From NCBI GenBank assembly GCA_037441675.1, contig JBBIRS010000001.1, positions 64,001-128,000 on the forward strand: a stretch of DNA of 64,000 nucleotides. Reading direction: 5' to 3'. Below are positions 7,681 through 17,734 of this stretch, piece by piece; within the stretch, counting starts at the first letter, position 1; each line of letters starts with the position of its first letter. The stretch comes from Planctomycetales bacterium (GTDB lineage Bacteria; 4484-113). The notes under the pieces were generated by a model. The model did not search any database, had not been told where the DNA came from, and was given only the letters and a program-made list of their open reading frames with translations. The translations under genes and the position numbers were made by a program.

Positions 7681-10029
7681 TTGGAGGGTTTGAGAAACCT
7701 TTTTTCTCACTATTTTTACCTCATCCTCTTCCTGTTTTATGGATTAGGCGTAGCCTTATCCTTTGCGCTTCCCGTTCATCCTGGCTTGGAATTTTACTTT
7801 TTTCTACTTTGTTGGGTAGTATTCCTGTTGCTCCTCCTTCTCGCTTTTTTATTACTCAAAAGAAAGAGCCATCTATTGGTGTTTGTAGTTTATCTTCTTC
7901 TTTCGTTGGTAGGATTTGGCAGTTCATACTTTCGGCGATCTTTATCTTTAAGCGACCCTTTAGATCTATTAGAAGGCAAACAGGTAAAAGTTTCTGGTAT
8001 TGTATCTTCATTTCCAAGATATTCTACTTCTGGGCTTAGCTTTCTTCTTAAGGTTAGGAAAGCTCAATCGGAAAATTTAATCCTAGAACACCCAAAAAGT
8101 GTAGGCACGATTTATGTCTTCGTGAGAGAAGGTCAAGAGCTTCCAATCTCGTATCATTTTGAAGTAGAAATCTCAGGAACTCTCACTGGGTTAACAGGCG
8201 CTGTTAACCGTGGCGATTTCTCAATGAAGGAATATCTTCGTCCCTTAGAGATAAATTATGAGCTCTTTGTGCCAAGTAAATGGCAAGTTATCTCTTCAAA
8301 ACCATATGACAACTTAGCAAGCATCTTCTATAAACTAAAGTTATATCTTATTAAGCGAGCCTATGAAGCATTTCAAGCACCTTACAACCAACTATTTCTT
8401 GGACTAACGATAGGAGATAGCGCAGTATATTTCCCAACAGAACTAAAAGAGATTTTCAGGAAAGCAGGGTTAACTCATCTGCTCGTTGTATCTGGAAGCC
8501 AAGTGTCATTGTTCTTCTTGATAGTTGGATTGCTTTTACTTAGGTTTGAATCTCCATTTTCATACACCGGTAAAGCCGTAAGAGTGCTCAAATATCCTTT
8601 GATATTTTTATTGATTTTGGGTTACTCGGTCTTGACGGGTTTTGAACCTTCAATTCAACGTGCCTTTATAGTAAGTTCACTAGTTTTACTTGCTCACTTT
8701 TTCTTCTACGAGGTAGATGCCCTGCACGTTATCGGTCAGGCGGGGTTAATTATCCTTATATCAAGGCCAGCAGAGATTCTCTCGGTGAGTTTTCAGCTTA
8801 CCTTTGCTGCTACCGTTGGTTTAATTCTAGGAATTAGAGCGATGATACCGCTCATCTCATATCTATCCTCATGGCTAAAGGCTTTTTTGGTTCTACTCGC
8901 AGCCACCTTTGGTGCTCAAATTATGGTCTTTCCGCTAATCCTATACTACTTTGGGCAGATAACACCCTACGGTCTCATTTCCAATCTGGTTGCCATACCT
9001 GTATCCTTCTTTGCAATGCTTATGGCTGTAAGTTTTTACATCTTCGGTTCTATTCCCCTACTAGGTGATTTGATTCGCATTACAACCCATCTTATTCTAA
9101 GCTTTTTATATTGGTGGGCTAAAACTTTTGCCAGTCTGCCAGGCTCAAGTTTGAGTTACGTGCCAATTAGTGGCGTAGCCTGCGCTATAAGTTGTCTCTT
9201 GCTATTCTTAGCGATTATTGAGCTTGGCTTGAACCAAAAGCGTATTCGTTTTGTGATTGGAGCATTTCTCATCCTTCTTAGTACCTTCGTCTTGTATCTG
9301 CCTTTGAAGGCTTTCCAAGACAATCTCCCACAGATTCTTGTCTACTACTTACGCTCTGGTAATGCTTCCCTTTATATTGACGCGCATCGCAATGGGATTA
9401 TCTTTGTAAACTTTCCAAGCTCCCCTAATTCCCAGGAGGTTTTAATAGAACGTCTTTCTTCCTTACTATCACGATCGGGTGTAAAAGCACTAAGGTCAAT
9501 GATTATTTTGTCTGATAGTATTCCTGATAGGAGCATCATTGGGAAGTTGTCTTTCAAGCCAGAGTTACTTGTCTCTTCTGTTGATAAGACTGTCTTTCCT
9601 TTATCTCGTAAATACAAAGTCGCTCTTGATACCCTTCCTACGTTTTACTTTAACGTGGAAGGTAAACTAGTCCTATATCAGCTGGATTTGAATAAAGGAG
9701 TGGAAGTTTACCTTTCAGTTCTAAAGGACGCTAATGAAAGCCTAAATGTTCTTCTTCCTCCTATACCATCTAGAGATAGTAGTGCATCTGAAACAAAACG
9801 CATTCTAATAATTCCGGGGTCATTCGCCAAGAAAAAAGCTTCACAATTTAAGAGATTTGTTGTCCAGAACAAATTTAATGTTGTCATTTCTCAAGGTAGA
9901 AGCGACATTAGCAATCTCGTTTACGGAAATGGTTCAGGGCTTAAAGTTTATTCTCAGCTAAAGAAAAGTGAGATAGATATTAAGCCAGATGGCAGTGTAT
10001 CTAGCTTCCGAACAAATTTAGGAAAGTAG
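7681..10029 (+). CDS. comEC: ComEC/Rec2 family DNA internalization protein
   Basis: Multi-TM protein with an N-terminal OB-like (DUF4131-type) region, then GLTHLLVVSGSQV, PSIQRA, SFQLTFAAT and SNLVAIP. The C-terminal soluble domain is degenerate. Confidence 0.88.
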   Translation: MEGLRNLFSHYFYLILFLFYGLGVALSFALPVHPGLEFYFFLLCWVVFLLLLLLAFLLLKRKSHLLVFVVYLLLSLVGFGSSYFRRSLSLSDPLDLLEGKQVKVSGIVSSFPRYSTSGLSFLLKVRKAQSENLILEHPKSVGTIYVFVREGQELPISYHFEVEISGTLTGLTGAVNRGDFSMKEYLRPLEINYELFVPSKWQVISSKPYDNLASIFYKLKLYLIKRAYEAFQAPYNQLFLGLTIGDSAVYFPTELKEIFRKAGLTHLLVVSGSQVSLFFLIVGLLLLRFESPFSYTGKAVRVLKYPLIFLLILGYSVLTGFEPSIQRAFIVSSLVLLAHFFFYEVDALHVIGQAGLIILISRPAEILSVSFQLTFAATVGLILGIRAMIPLISYLSSWLKAFLVLLAATFGAQIMVFPLILYYFGQITPYGLISNLVAIPVSFFAMLMAVSFYIFGSIPLLGDLIRITTHLILSFLYWWAKTFASLPGSSLSYVPISGVACAISCLLLFLAIIELGLNQKRIRFVIGAFLILLSTFVLYLPLKAFQDNLPQILVYYLRSGNASLYIDAHRNGIIFVNFPSSPNSQEVLIERLSSLLSRSGVKALRSMIILSDSIPDRSIIGKLSFKPELLVSSVDKTVFPLSRKYKVALDTLPTFYFNVEGKLVLYQLDLNKGVEVYLSVLKDANESLNVLLPPIPSRDSSASETKRILIIPGSFAKKKASQFKRFVVQNKFNVVISQGRSDISNLVYGNGSGLKVYSQLKKSEIDIKPDGSVSSFRTNLGK

Positions 10030-10035
10030 ATTTCG

Positions 10036-10317
10036 TTAAAGGGTTTTGTTTGCAAATTTCTTGTTAAAAAGGGTATAAAGCCTTGAAACCTTCCGATTGG
10101 CAGTTTCTTTCTTAATTATGCCTTTACTAGCACTTTCGCAGATGACCTTTTGAGCGCGGTAAAGCTTTACCCTTGCCGCCTCTTCATCCTCATTTCCTAA
10201 AATGCTTAATCTACATTCTTTTACAATGTTTTTCAAACGAGTCTTAAGGCTTGTATTCCGCAAGAGATTTCGCTTGTTGATTAGAATCTGCTTTTTTGCA
10301 CTTTTAGTATTTGCCAT
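10036..10317 (-). CDS. rpsT: 30S ribosomal protein S20
   Basis: MANTKSAKK..., KGIIKKETANRKVSRL. Confidence 0.96.
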   Translation of the reverse strand: MANTKSAKKQILINKRNLLRNTSLKTRLKNIVKECRLSILGNEDEEAARVKLYRAQKVICESASKGIIKKETANRKVSRLYTLFNKKFANKTL

Positions 10318-10375
10318 ATTTTCTTTCCAAGTTAACCAGCGGAAAAATTATACACTACTAAACCGCACCGTCAAA

Positions 10376-11212
10376 TTACCCATCCACAGCTACATTCATT
10401 CTATCCCTAATTTCTTTCTTTTCAGCCTCGGTATGTGCTTTATCAAGTGCTTTCTGTAAAGTCTCAAAGTATTTTTGCATATCGCCCTTTGTCTTGTAAG
10501 CCTCAGCTAGATTCACAAATGCTGGAATGAAATCCGATTTAATAGCCAGGACTCGATTAAATTCATTGATAGCTTGATCGATTTTGCCTGAATGAAGAAG
10601 CATTGTTCCCATATCAGTCCGAACGTTTATATCGTTAGGGTTAATAGTCAGGGCTCTAGAATAGTAGGATACGGCACGATCTGGAAGTTGCGCTTCATAA
10701 CAGGCATTCCCAGCCATCACAAGGGCATCAAGATTTTGAGGTTCAATATTCAAGGCTTCATCTAAGTATTTAAGAGCCTGTTCAAACTGGCCAATCTGAT
10801 AGTACATTTCTGCAAGTTGAATGCGAGCTGGGACTTCTTTAGAATTACTTTCTATGGCGGTGCGGAGTTTAGTGAGTTGCTCCATTACAAAGGGAGGCAT
10901 AGCGCCACTTGTGTTATTGTTTGATGCAACATTGTTGTCAATAGGGGGATGATCCGGTGGAAGTTCGCCCGTTATTCCCGCTGAGGATAACTGCCCGTTT
11001 TTAGGAGGGGACGGAATTATTAGCCAAATTATAAAGATTAAAATAGCTAAGATAAAAAGCATTACTACATATCCCGTCTTTCTTTGGATGGATTGATGGG
11101 GAGCTATCGCTTCTTTTTCTTCTTGCTTAGAGCTTACCCTTTGCCCACAGTTCGCGCAGAATTTATCCTGAGTTCTTAATGGTGCTCCACATGATGTGCA
11201 ATAGTTAGCCAT
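10376..11212 (-). CDS. Zinc-ribbon + transmembrane + tetratricopeptide-repeat protein
   Basis: CTSCG...CANCG zinc ribbon, one TM helix, an LPPDHPPI motif and several TPR repeats. The ATG at 11212 is the likely start. Confidence 0.8.
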   Translation of the reverse strand: MANYCTSCGAPLRTQDKFCANCGQRVSSKQEEKEAIAPHQSIQRKTGYVVMLFILAILIFIIWLIIPSPPKNGQLSSAGITGELPPDHPPIDNNVASNNNTSGAMPPFVMEQLTKLRTAIESNSKEVPARIQLAEMYYQIGQFEQALKYLDEALNIEPQNLDALVMAGNACYEAQLPDRAVSYYSRALTINPNDINVRTDMGTMLLHSGKIDQAINEFNRVLAIKSDFIPAFVNLAEAYKTKGDMQKYFETLQKALDKAHTEAEKKEIRDRMNVAVDG

Positions 11213-11335
11213 ATTTAATTTGTCCTGGTTCTTTTTCAAAATATCGTAAATGGCTCCAAAAAAAAGCTATTTACTTAGCCTTCCTCTGATATAATACCAT
11301 TGTCTAGGTAAATCCTATGTTAGCGGGGTAGTCCA

Positions 11336-12127
11336 TTGGCTAAGATTTTAGCTTATCTAGTTCCCCATCCTCCTGTCTTGCTAGACCCAATCGGGAAGGG
11401 CTTACTCTCTCACGTGGAAGCAACACGAAATGCTATGTTCAAAGTAGCTGAAGAGTTAAAGCAGTTTGCACCCGATACAATACTTCTAAGTAGTCCACAT
11501 AACGTTTTTGTTGTGGACAAAGTTGGAGTGTTAACATCAAAAATACTAACGGGGTCTTTTCAGGATTTCGGATACGCTAATTTGCGTTACATTTTTGATA
11601 ACGATACTGAGCTTGTTGAGGAGTTGCTCGAATTTCCAAACACAGCGACATACTTATCGCCTACCGATTCTGGCGAACTTGACCATGGCGCACTCGTATT
11701 TTTGGATTTTTTCCTTAGAGTAGGGGGGAAGGCTAAGCTTGTTGTATTTTCTGCGGTATTAGGCAATCTTAAAACTTACTTTAACTTCGGTGTTGCCCTT
11801 AGAGAATTTCTTTCAATGAAGGAAAAACGTATTGCTTACATCGCAAGTGGCGATCTTTCGCACTGCACTAAAGAAGCACCTGGTAGACACTATCACGAGG
11901 AGGGTCCCATATTTGATAAGATAACCGTTGAAGCGGTTCAGGAGTGTAACACTGAAAAGATACTCTCATTGGACGAGAGTTTTTTAGCAAAAGCTGAGCA
12001 GTGTGGGCTCTATTCATTCTTAATTTGTTTTGGTTTGTTCTCTGGAATTGCCTCTAAGGGTGAGGTACTATCATACGAGGATCCTTTTGGAGTGGGTTAC
12101 CTGGTGGGATCCTTAACCGGTGAATGA
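11336..12127 (+). CDS. AmmeMemoRadiSam system protein B-like (LigB/Memo fold)
   Basis: Motifs PHPP, SPH, LDHG, ASGDLSH, CG and SYEDPFGVGY. Overlaps the AMMECR1 gene. Confidence 0.85.
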   Translation: MAKILAYLVPHPPVLLDPIGKGLLSHVEATRNAMFKVAEELKQFAPDTILLSSPHNVFVVDKVGVLTSKILTGSFQDFGYANLRYIFDNDTELVEELLEFPNTATYLSPTDSGELDHGALVFLDFFLRVGGKAKLVVFSAVLGNLKTYFNFGVALREFLSMKEKRIAYIASGDLSHCTKEAPGRHYHEEGPIFDKITVEAVQECNTEKILSLDESFLAKAEQCGLYSFLICFGLFSGIASKGEVLSYEDPFGVGYLVGSLTGE

Positions 12128-12702
12128 TTAATTTTAATGACGAAGATATAAAGCTAATAAATAAAGGGAGTCATCCTTTTGTTAAGTTAGCTTGGGCTTC
12201 AATAATCTCTTACGTTAAATTTAATAGAGTAATTGATTTTAGCAGTATTTCTGAATTCTTAGGGGAAATACTAGCATCACACTTGAGTGAGTTAAACGAA
12301 AGGCATGCCTGTTTTGTGAGCCTAAAAAAGGATGGTGAGCTCCGTGGATGTATGGGCACTATTGAGCCCCAGGAAAGCTCCTTAGCGCAGGAGATTATTG
12401 AAAATGCGATCAGTGCTGCGACTAAAGATCCTCGCTTTCCACCGCTTGCTAAAGTTGAACTCCCCTCTATCAGCGTATCCATAGATGTTCTTACGGAACT
12501 TGAACCAGCCAGTTTTGAGGCTCTCTCTCCTCAAACAAAAGGACTATTAGTGGTTCAAGAATTCAGGCGTGGCCTTCTGCTTCCAAACCTAGAAGGAATA
12601 GATACCCCTGAAATTCAACTAGAAATGGCTGCACGGAAAGCTGGAATTGATCTCACTGAACCCTATAGACTTTTTACATTTACAACAACTAGATTACACT
12701 AG
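12124..12702 (+). CDS. AMMECR1 family (AmmeMemoRadiSam system protein A)
   Basis: Motifs ACFVSLKK.GELRGC.GT, NAISAATKDPRFPP, GLLLP and KAGI. Confidence 0.92.
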   Translation: MINFNDEDIKLINKGSHPFVKLAWASIISYVKFNRVIDFSSISEFLGEILASHLSELNERHACFVSLKKDGELRGCMGTIEPQESSLAQEIIENAISAATKDPRFPPLAKVELPSISVSIDVLTELEPASFEALSPQTKGLLVVQEFRRGLLLPNLEGIDTPEIQLEMAARKAGIDLTEPYRLFTFTTTRLH

Positions 12703-12810
12703 ACTTTATAAATAAATAGCTTAAAAATAATTTATTCTCAGCCAAAAGCTTTTGCCTTTCTATGGAGACTTCGTCCTTTTAATACAGGATTAGCGATTAA
12801 GGATGAATCT

Positions 12811-13923
12811 CTATTTTCTCTCGCCATATCTATAGTACGTAGAACACGATCCCTCAGAAGAAACCATGCACGCACCTAACGGGTTTTCTGGCTTACAGGC
12901 ATTTCCGAAATATTGGCATTCAAGTGGGGTAATTAAACCAAGAAGAACTTCACCGCATCTGCAATGGCCGAATTGGTGCTCATCGTGCTTAGCCCTCTCT
13001 AAGCCAAAATACTCACTTGCATCAAAATCTCTATACTTTGCCCTAAGTCTATGTCCACTATTCTTAATTAACCCTATTCCCCTCCAGTATGCATCATCTA
13101 TATCAAAAACCTCGTTAATAATCTCTTGGGCTCGTTTATTACCAAACCTTCTTACTGCTCCCCTATAGATGTTTATAACGCGGGGTTTATTTTCTATTTT
13201 CATTCTAAGCAAGTGGTAAACAGCATAGAGTACATCCTCAGCTTCAAAGCCTGCAATAACAGCTCCTTTTTTGTAAACATCTGCAATAAATGAATATGGT
13301 TCCTCGCCTATAATTGTGGAAACATGACCCGGTAAAATAAAGCCATCCAACGCCAGTCTTGAATCATCCAGCAAAACCTTAAGTACAGGAATAATTAACT
13401 TGTGGCTTACATAAACAAGAAAATTTTTGATACCCTTTTCATTAGCCATAAGAATTGTATGAGCTATCCCTGGTTGAGTAGTTTCAAAACCTGTGCTGAA
13501 AAAAAGTATCTTTTTATTGGGAAGCTTTCTGGCTAGGTTCAAATTGTCAAGAGGAGAAATAACTAACCTAACATCTGCGCCCTTTTCACGACTTTCGGCG
13601 AAGGAAAGTCTTCCACCTCTCACCTTAAACAAGTCACCGTATGAAGTGAGAATAATGTCTTTATTTTCAAGTGCAAGCTGAGCGACTTGGTCAATTTCGG
13701 AAGCTGCAGTTACGCAAACAGGACAGCCTGGACCGCTTATAAGCTCAACATTTGTTTCCCGAAGAATGGTCTGCCTTATTCCTGATCGGAAAATTGTAAC
13801 CGTATGGGTCCCGCATACCTCCATGAATCTTGCCTCAGTTACCGGCAATCTCCTCAAAAGCTCGTATAAGACTTCCGGTGAAATCAGGTCTGGTCTTGAT
13901 GAATGCAATGTGTTACTTGCCAA
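12811..13923 (-). CDS. hypD: Hydrogenase formation protein HypD
   Basis: Motifs MEVCGTHT, SGPGCPVCVT, GFETT, PGHVS and the C-terminal C..GACMVSSEGSC. Confidence 0.97.
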   Translation of the reverse strand: MASNTLHSSRPDLISPEVLYELLRRLPVTEARFMEVCGTHTVTIFRSGIRQTILRETNVELISGPGCPVCVTAASEIDQVAQLALENKDIILTSYGDLFKVRGGRLSFAESREKGADVRLVISPLDNLNLARKLPNKKILFFSTGFETTQPGIAHTILMANEKGIKNFLVYVSHKLIIPVLKVLLDDSRLALDGFILPGHVSTIIGEEPYSFIADVYKKGAVIAGFEAEDVLYAVYHLLRMKIENKPRVINIYRGAVRRFGNKRAQEIINEVFDIDDAYWRGIGLIKNSGHRLRAKYRDFDASEYFGLERAKHDEHQFGHCRCGEVLLGLITPLECQYFGNACKPENPLGACMVSSEGSCSTYYRYGERK

Positions 13924-13925
13924 TG

Positions 13926-14147
13926 TTATTCCTCAGTATCTAATACTTCTGAAATTAGCTTTAATGTTTCCTGAGCTTCTTCAGGGGAAAGCACTTGGAT
14001 TGCATAACCTGTATGTATTAGCACATAGTTTCCAATTTCTGCTTCAGGCACAAGTGCGATATTTGTCTTTACTCTAACATCACCAATTTTAACTGTGGCA
14101 ACATCACCCTCAATCTTCTCAATGAGCCCCGGTATCGCTAAACACAT
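13926..14147 (-). CDS. hypC: Hydrogenase assembly chaperone HypC
   Basis: MCLAIPG N-terminus and YVLIHTGYAI. Confidence 0.96.
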   Translation of the reverse strand: MCLAIPGLIEKIEGDVATVKIGDVRVKTNIALVPEAEIGNYVLIHTGYAIQVLSPEEAQETLKLISEVLDTEE

Positions 14148-14214
14148 GATACTTTATTATAACTCGCCTATTTTTAGTAGTGTCCACTAATGTCTTATAT
14201 AATCGTTACAAGCT

Positions 14215-14898
14215 GTGGTGCAAGAAATTCTAAAGAGAATAGATCATACCTTCCTCAAGATTGATTCAAATAGTAATTCCTCTCTACTCTTAGAGGGTGC
14301 CAAGATGGTAGAAGAAAAGGGTCTACGCTCATTTATTGTTCCCCCTCAACTAGTGCGAACCGTGGCAAAGCATTTTCCTGATATAACGGTGGGAACAGTT
14401 GTAGCATTCCCGCTTGGATTTGAAACATTACCCGAGAAGATATTCGCCTCTCAACAGGCAAGAGAAGATGGTGCTAAGGAAGTTGACATTGTCCTTGATC
14501 TATTTGCATTGGTGAATGACAACTTCAGAAAGGTAAATGAGGAAGTAGACTTACTCACCGAGGTAGGAAGACGACATGGTCTTAAAGTAAAATTCATTCT
14601 TGAGATGTCTATTCTCTCCGAGGCGCAGATTTCTGAATGTGTTGCTCTTTGCCTAAAGCACAAGCCCTTAGCTATAAAATCAGGAACAGGTTATCAATCT
14701 AAAGTAAGCACGGAGCAAATTACCCTTCTTAAGAAACTCACCAAAGGTGAAATACTTGTTAAGGCTTCCGGGGGAATTGATAGTATCAATAAGGTAAAAG
14801 AGCTTATCTCCTCTGGAGCGGATATAATCGGCACTAGCAATACAAAGAAAATAATTTCGGAGCTTGAGCAAGATAATGATATAAGGCTAGATGGATAA
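14215..14898 (+). CDS. deoC: Deoxyribose-phosphate aldolase
   Basis: Motifs IDHTFLK, TVVAFPLG, GAKEVDIV, KVKFILE, IKSGTGY, VKASGGI and GTS. Confidence 0.9.
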   Translation: MVQEILKRIDHTFLKIDSNSNSSLLLEGAKMVEEKGLRSFIVPPQLVRTVAKHFPDITVGTVVAFPLGFETLPEKIFASQQAREDGAKEVDIVLDLFALVNDNFRKVNEEVDLLTEVGRRHGLKVKFILEMSILSEAQISECVALCLKHKPLAIKSGTGYQSKVSTEQITLLKKLTKGEILVKASGGIDSINKVKELISSGADIIGTSNTKKIISELEQDNDIRLDG

Positions 14899-14917
14899 AG
14901 GGGAAGGGCTATTATCT

Positions 14918-16561
14918 TTAATGATAAAAATGACGAGTTGGCATAAAGACTAAACACACCCTCAGCTCATTGGCGCGTTGAATTATTTCGTGGTCTCTAA
15001 TGCTTCCAGAGGGTGCTGCCAAAACCGCAATCTTTGCACTTGCAGCAAGTTCAACTGAATCAGCAAATGGGAAAAAGCCATCAGACACAAGGACTGCATC
15101 CTCGCATTTTTTCTTCGCTTTCTCAAGAGCCAGCCTGGTTGCATCAACACGGTTCGTCTGGCCTGCGCCAACACCTACAATCGCTCCATCTTTGATTACT
15201 ATCACAGAATTACTCCTTATAAACCTAATGAGCCGAACACCGAACTGCAAATCAGACTTATACTTTGCCCTTAATGGAGTGTCCGATACCACTTGAAGTT
15301 CTTCAGGCTTAGGTAGATAAACGTCTTCATTCTGAACAAGGTAACCAAATGGGGTTCTTACGAAGGTTAATATTGGAGGATTTTTTCCTTCGTTAATTAA
15401 GATTATCCTCTCTCTATCCGTAGTAAAAGCTTCTTCAGAAACCTCAATAATGCGCATTTTCTTCTTCTTTGAAAATTCCCTCAGTGCACCTAATGTAACG
15501 GATGGAGCAACTAAGATTTCAAAGAATGACTTTGTAATCTCTCTGGCTAGTTCTTCATCTATCGGGAAGTTTGTGCCAATTATTCCACCAAATGCGGAAA
15601 CAGGGTCAGCCTCCCGAGCGCGCACAAAAGCTTGCAATGGGCTCTCCGCCTGAGCAGCTCCGCAGGGTGTGAGATGCTTGATAATGCATGCGAAATAGGG
15701 TAATTCATAGGGGAATGAGGCAATCCGAAAGGCAGCACCAGCGTCCCGAATGTTGTTATAGCTAAGCTCTCTACCCTGAAGAAGTTTGAACTTCAAAGCC
15801 TGTCCAATTGACGGTTCGTATAAAGAGCCCATCTGATGAGGATTTTCTCCATATCTGAGATGCTGTTTTAATTTGAGCTTAAAATCAATAGTTTGTGACA
15901 TGGTTGGCTCGCTAGTTCTTGGCATAGTAGGCACAACTGGCTTGGCTGGTTTAGTTGTTGTCAGCTCTGCAAAGTAATTCATAATAGCTTCATCATACTT
16001 AGCACAAACTGCAAATGCTTTGTAGGCAAGCTTAAGCCTAGTTTCTCGAGAAATTGTTCCATTGTTTTCCTTGTATTCATTTATGAAAGTCTTGTAGTCA
16101 TCAGGGCTCACGAGAATTACAACATTTTCAAAGTTTTTAGCCGCTGCCCTTACGAGAGATACGCCCCCAATATCGATAAGTTCAAGTGCTTCTTTGAGAT
16201 TGATCTTGGAGGACTTAACCTTCTCATCAAAAGGATAGAAGTTAACTGCAACCAAACCAATACTTCTCCCCTTCAAAGCCTTCAATGCCTGTTGATGGCG
16301 TTTCTTGGATGGGTCTGCGAGAATTCCCGCATAAAGTCTAAAGTCCAGGGTTTTAACTCGTCCCCCAAGAATTTCTTTTGACTTAGTAAGTTCTGAGATT
16401 GGAATTGCCTTTATCTTCTTTTTCCGAAGTTCTTTTAGCGTCCCAGTAGAGGCGTAAATAGTTACACCTTCGTCTGCTAGAAATCTTCCTAGAGTTGTCA
16501 CCCAGGTTTTATCGTAAACACTAATTAGAGCTGTTTTAATCTCGGACATAACCAACGCCAA
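14918..16561 (-). CDS. purH: Bifunctional AICAR formyltransferase/IMP cyclohydrolase
   Basis: Motifs ALISVYDK, GGRVKTL, IDIGG...RAAAKN, LRYGENPHQ, LSYNN, DPVSAFGG, SDGFFPF.D, GSIRD and RHFYH. The start may be the ATG a few codons downstream. Confidence 0.95.
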   Translation of the reverse strand: MALVMSEIKTALISVYDKTWVTTLGRFLADEGVTIYASTGTLKELRKKKIKAIPISELTKSKEILGGRVKTLDFRLYAGILADPSKKRHQQALKALKGRSIGLVAVNFYPFDEKVKSSKINLKEALELIDIGGVSLVRAAAKNFENVVILVSPDDYKTFINEYKENNGTISRETRLKLAYKAFAVCAKYDEAIMNYFAELTTTKPAKPVVPTMPRTSEPTMSQTIDFKLKLKQHLRYGENPHQMGSLYEPSIGQALKFKLLQGRELSYNNIRDAGAAFRIASFPYELPYFACIIKHLTPCGAAQAESPLQAFVRAREADPVSAFGGIIGTNFPIDEELAREITKSFFEILVAPSVTLGALREFSKKKKMRIIEVSEEAFTTDRERIILINEGKNPPILTFVRTPFGYLVQNEDVYLPKPEELQVVSDTPLRAKYKSDLQFGVRLIRFIRSNSVIVIKDGAIVGVGAGQTNRVDATRLALEKAKKKCEDAVLVSDGFFPFADSVELAASAKIAVLAAPSGSIRDHEIIQRANELRVCLVFMPTRHFYH

Positions 16562-16663
16562 TATACCCTATAGTGTGGGGTAAATTTCTCGCAATCTTCT
16601 AGCAGAAATTAAACCAATTGTCTAGAGTACTTAAGCAAAAAATCTTAAGCTTAACTAAGCTTA

Positions 16664-17734
16664 TTACCCCTTCAAGAGTAATCCAAGAACAAGTGGATGC
16701 TTTTCATTCTTCTTAAGTTCCCTGATTATTTCACGGGCTCTACCGTCATTTATCCTTATCAACGCCTCAACTGCACGAAAGCGCAATTCCCATATCTCAG
16801 AACGAACATCTTGTTCCAAGATAGAAATAACTTCATTTAGAATTTCCTTTGCGCGTTCAGTTCTTATTGGAATTCCCTTTCTGATTGAAGTAATTCTTTC
16901 ACTTAGCAATGAGCCAATCTCGCCCAGCAAAATCTGCACCTCTCCTTTAAGACGGGAACTTTTCAAATCAGAAAGGCTCTCCCCTTTTAGAGCTTCGTTA
17001 GAAATAAATTCTGATAGGCCTTCCCAAACAGCCTCAGGGTCAGCCTTGAATGCATTTACCAATCCCGCATTTGCGGACATTCTAACGGTAAAGGATTGGT
17101 CTCCTAAAGCACTAAACAATTTTTCAACCCTCTCAAGGGAAGAAAACCTTGATAAGCTTTGCGCTGCTATTAGTCTTTCTCTTTCATCCCCTGACTTTAA
17201 GCTTTGAGATATCTCTTCAATAGCTGGTTGGTAATCTAACGTTCCTAAAGCATCAATTATGGTTCTTTTAATTCTAGAGTTTAATGGAGTTCCAGCTGGT
17301 AGCTTACCTTCTTTAATTGCTGAAAGAATTTTCGGCGCAGAATCAGTTACCTTTAAGCCCCCCAGTAACCTAATAATGTTAAAAAGGGCATATTGGCGAG
17401 TTTCAATTTCTAATGCTCTTAAGAGTGAAGGAACACTTATCTCAGGGATAGCCTGAATAACCACATCAATTGCTCTAGTTTGTAAGCTGTCTATGGTATC
17501 AATCTTCTCTGTAAGGATGAAATCAACTGCCTTCGCGCCAAACTTCGTCAGCTCTTCTCTAGCCTTTGGTACCTTCTCCCTGTTCTCACCAACTTCCCAT
17601 AGAGTCGCTACTTTCCAAAGCTCTTCCATCTTATCTCTCTCGGTATCTGAATATGATGATGCCAGCGATAATTCTGAGAATGCTGAAAAAAGGAGGCAAC
17701 TTAACATCATTACTAGAAAAACAGTTTTTTTCAC
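16664..17734 (-). CDS. Secreted HEAT-repeat protein
   Basis: Signal peptide followed by helical repeats of the type R..(A/I)..ALG..... / L.D....VR..A. Overlaps the upstream gene by 4 bp. Confidence 0.7.
   Translation of the reverse strand: MKKTVFLVMMLSCLLFSAFSELSLASSYSDTERDKMEELWKVATLWEVGENREKVPKAREELTKFGAKAVDFILTEKIDTIDSLQTRAIDVVIQAIPEISVPSLLRALEIETRQYALFNIIRLLGGLKVTDSAPKILSAIKEGKLPAGTPLNSRIKRTIIDALGTLDYQPAIEEISQSLKSGDERERLIAAQSLSRFSSLERVEKLFSALGDQSFTVRMSANAGLVNAFKADPEAVWEGLSEFISNEALKGESLSDLKSSRLKGEVQILLGEIGSLLSERITSIRKGIPIRTERAKEILNEVISILEQDVRSEIWELRFRAVEALIRINDGRAREIIRELKKNEKHPLVLGLLLKG

Noticed and set aside
6811..10029. tRNA-anchored genomic island downstream of tRNA-Arg (and likewise of tRNA-His)
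   Set aside because: There is no integrase, no duplicated tRNA 3' end that I could see, and the neighbours are housekeeping-type genes.
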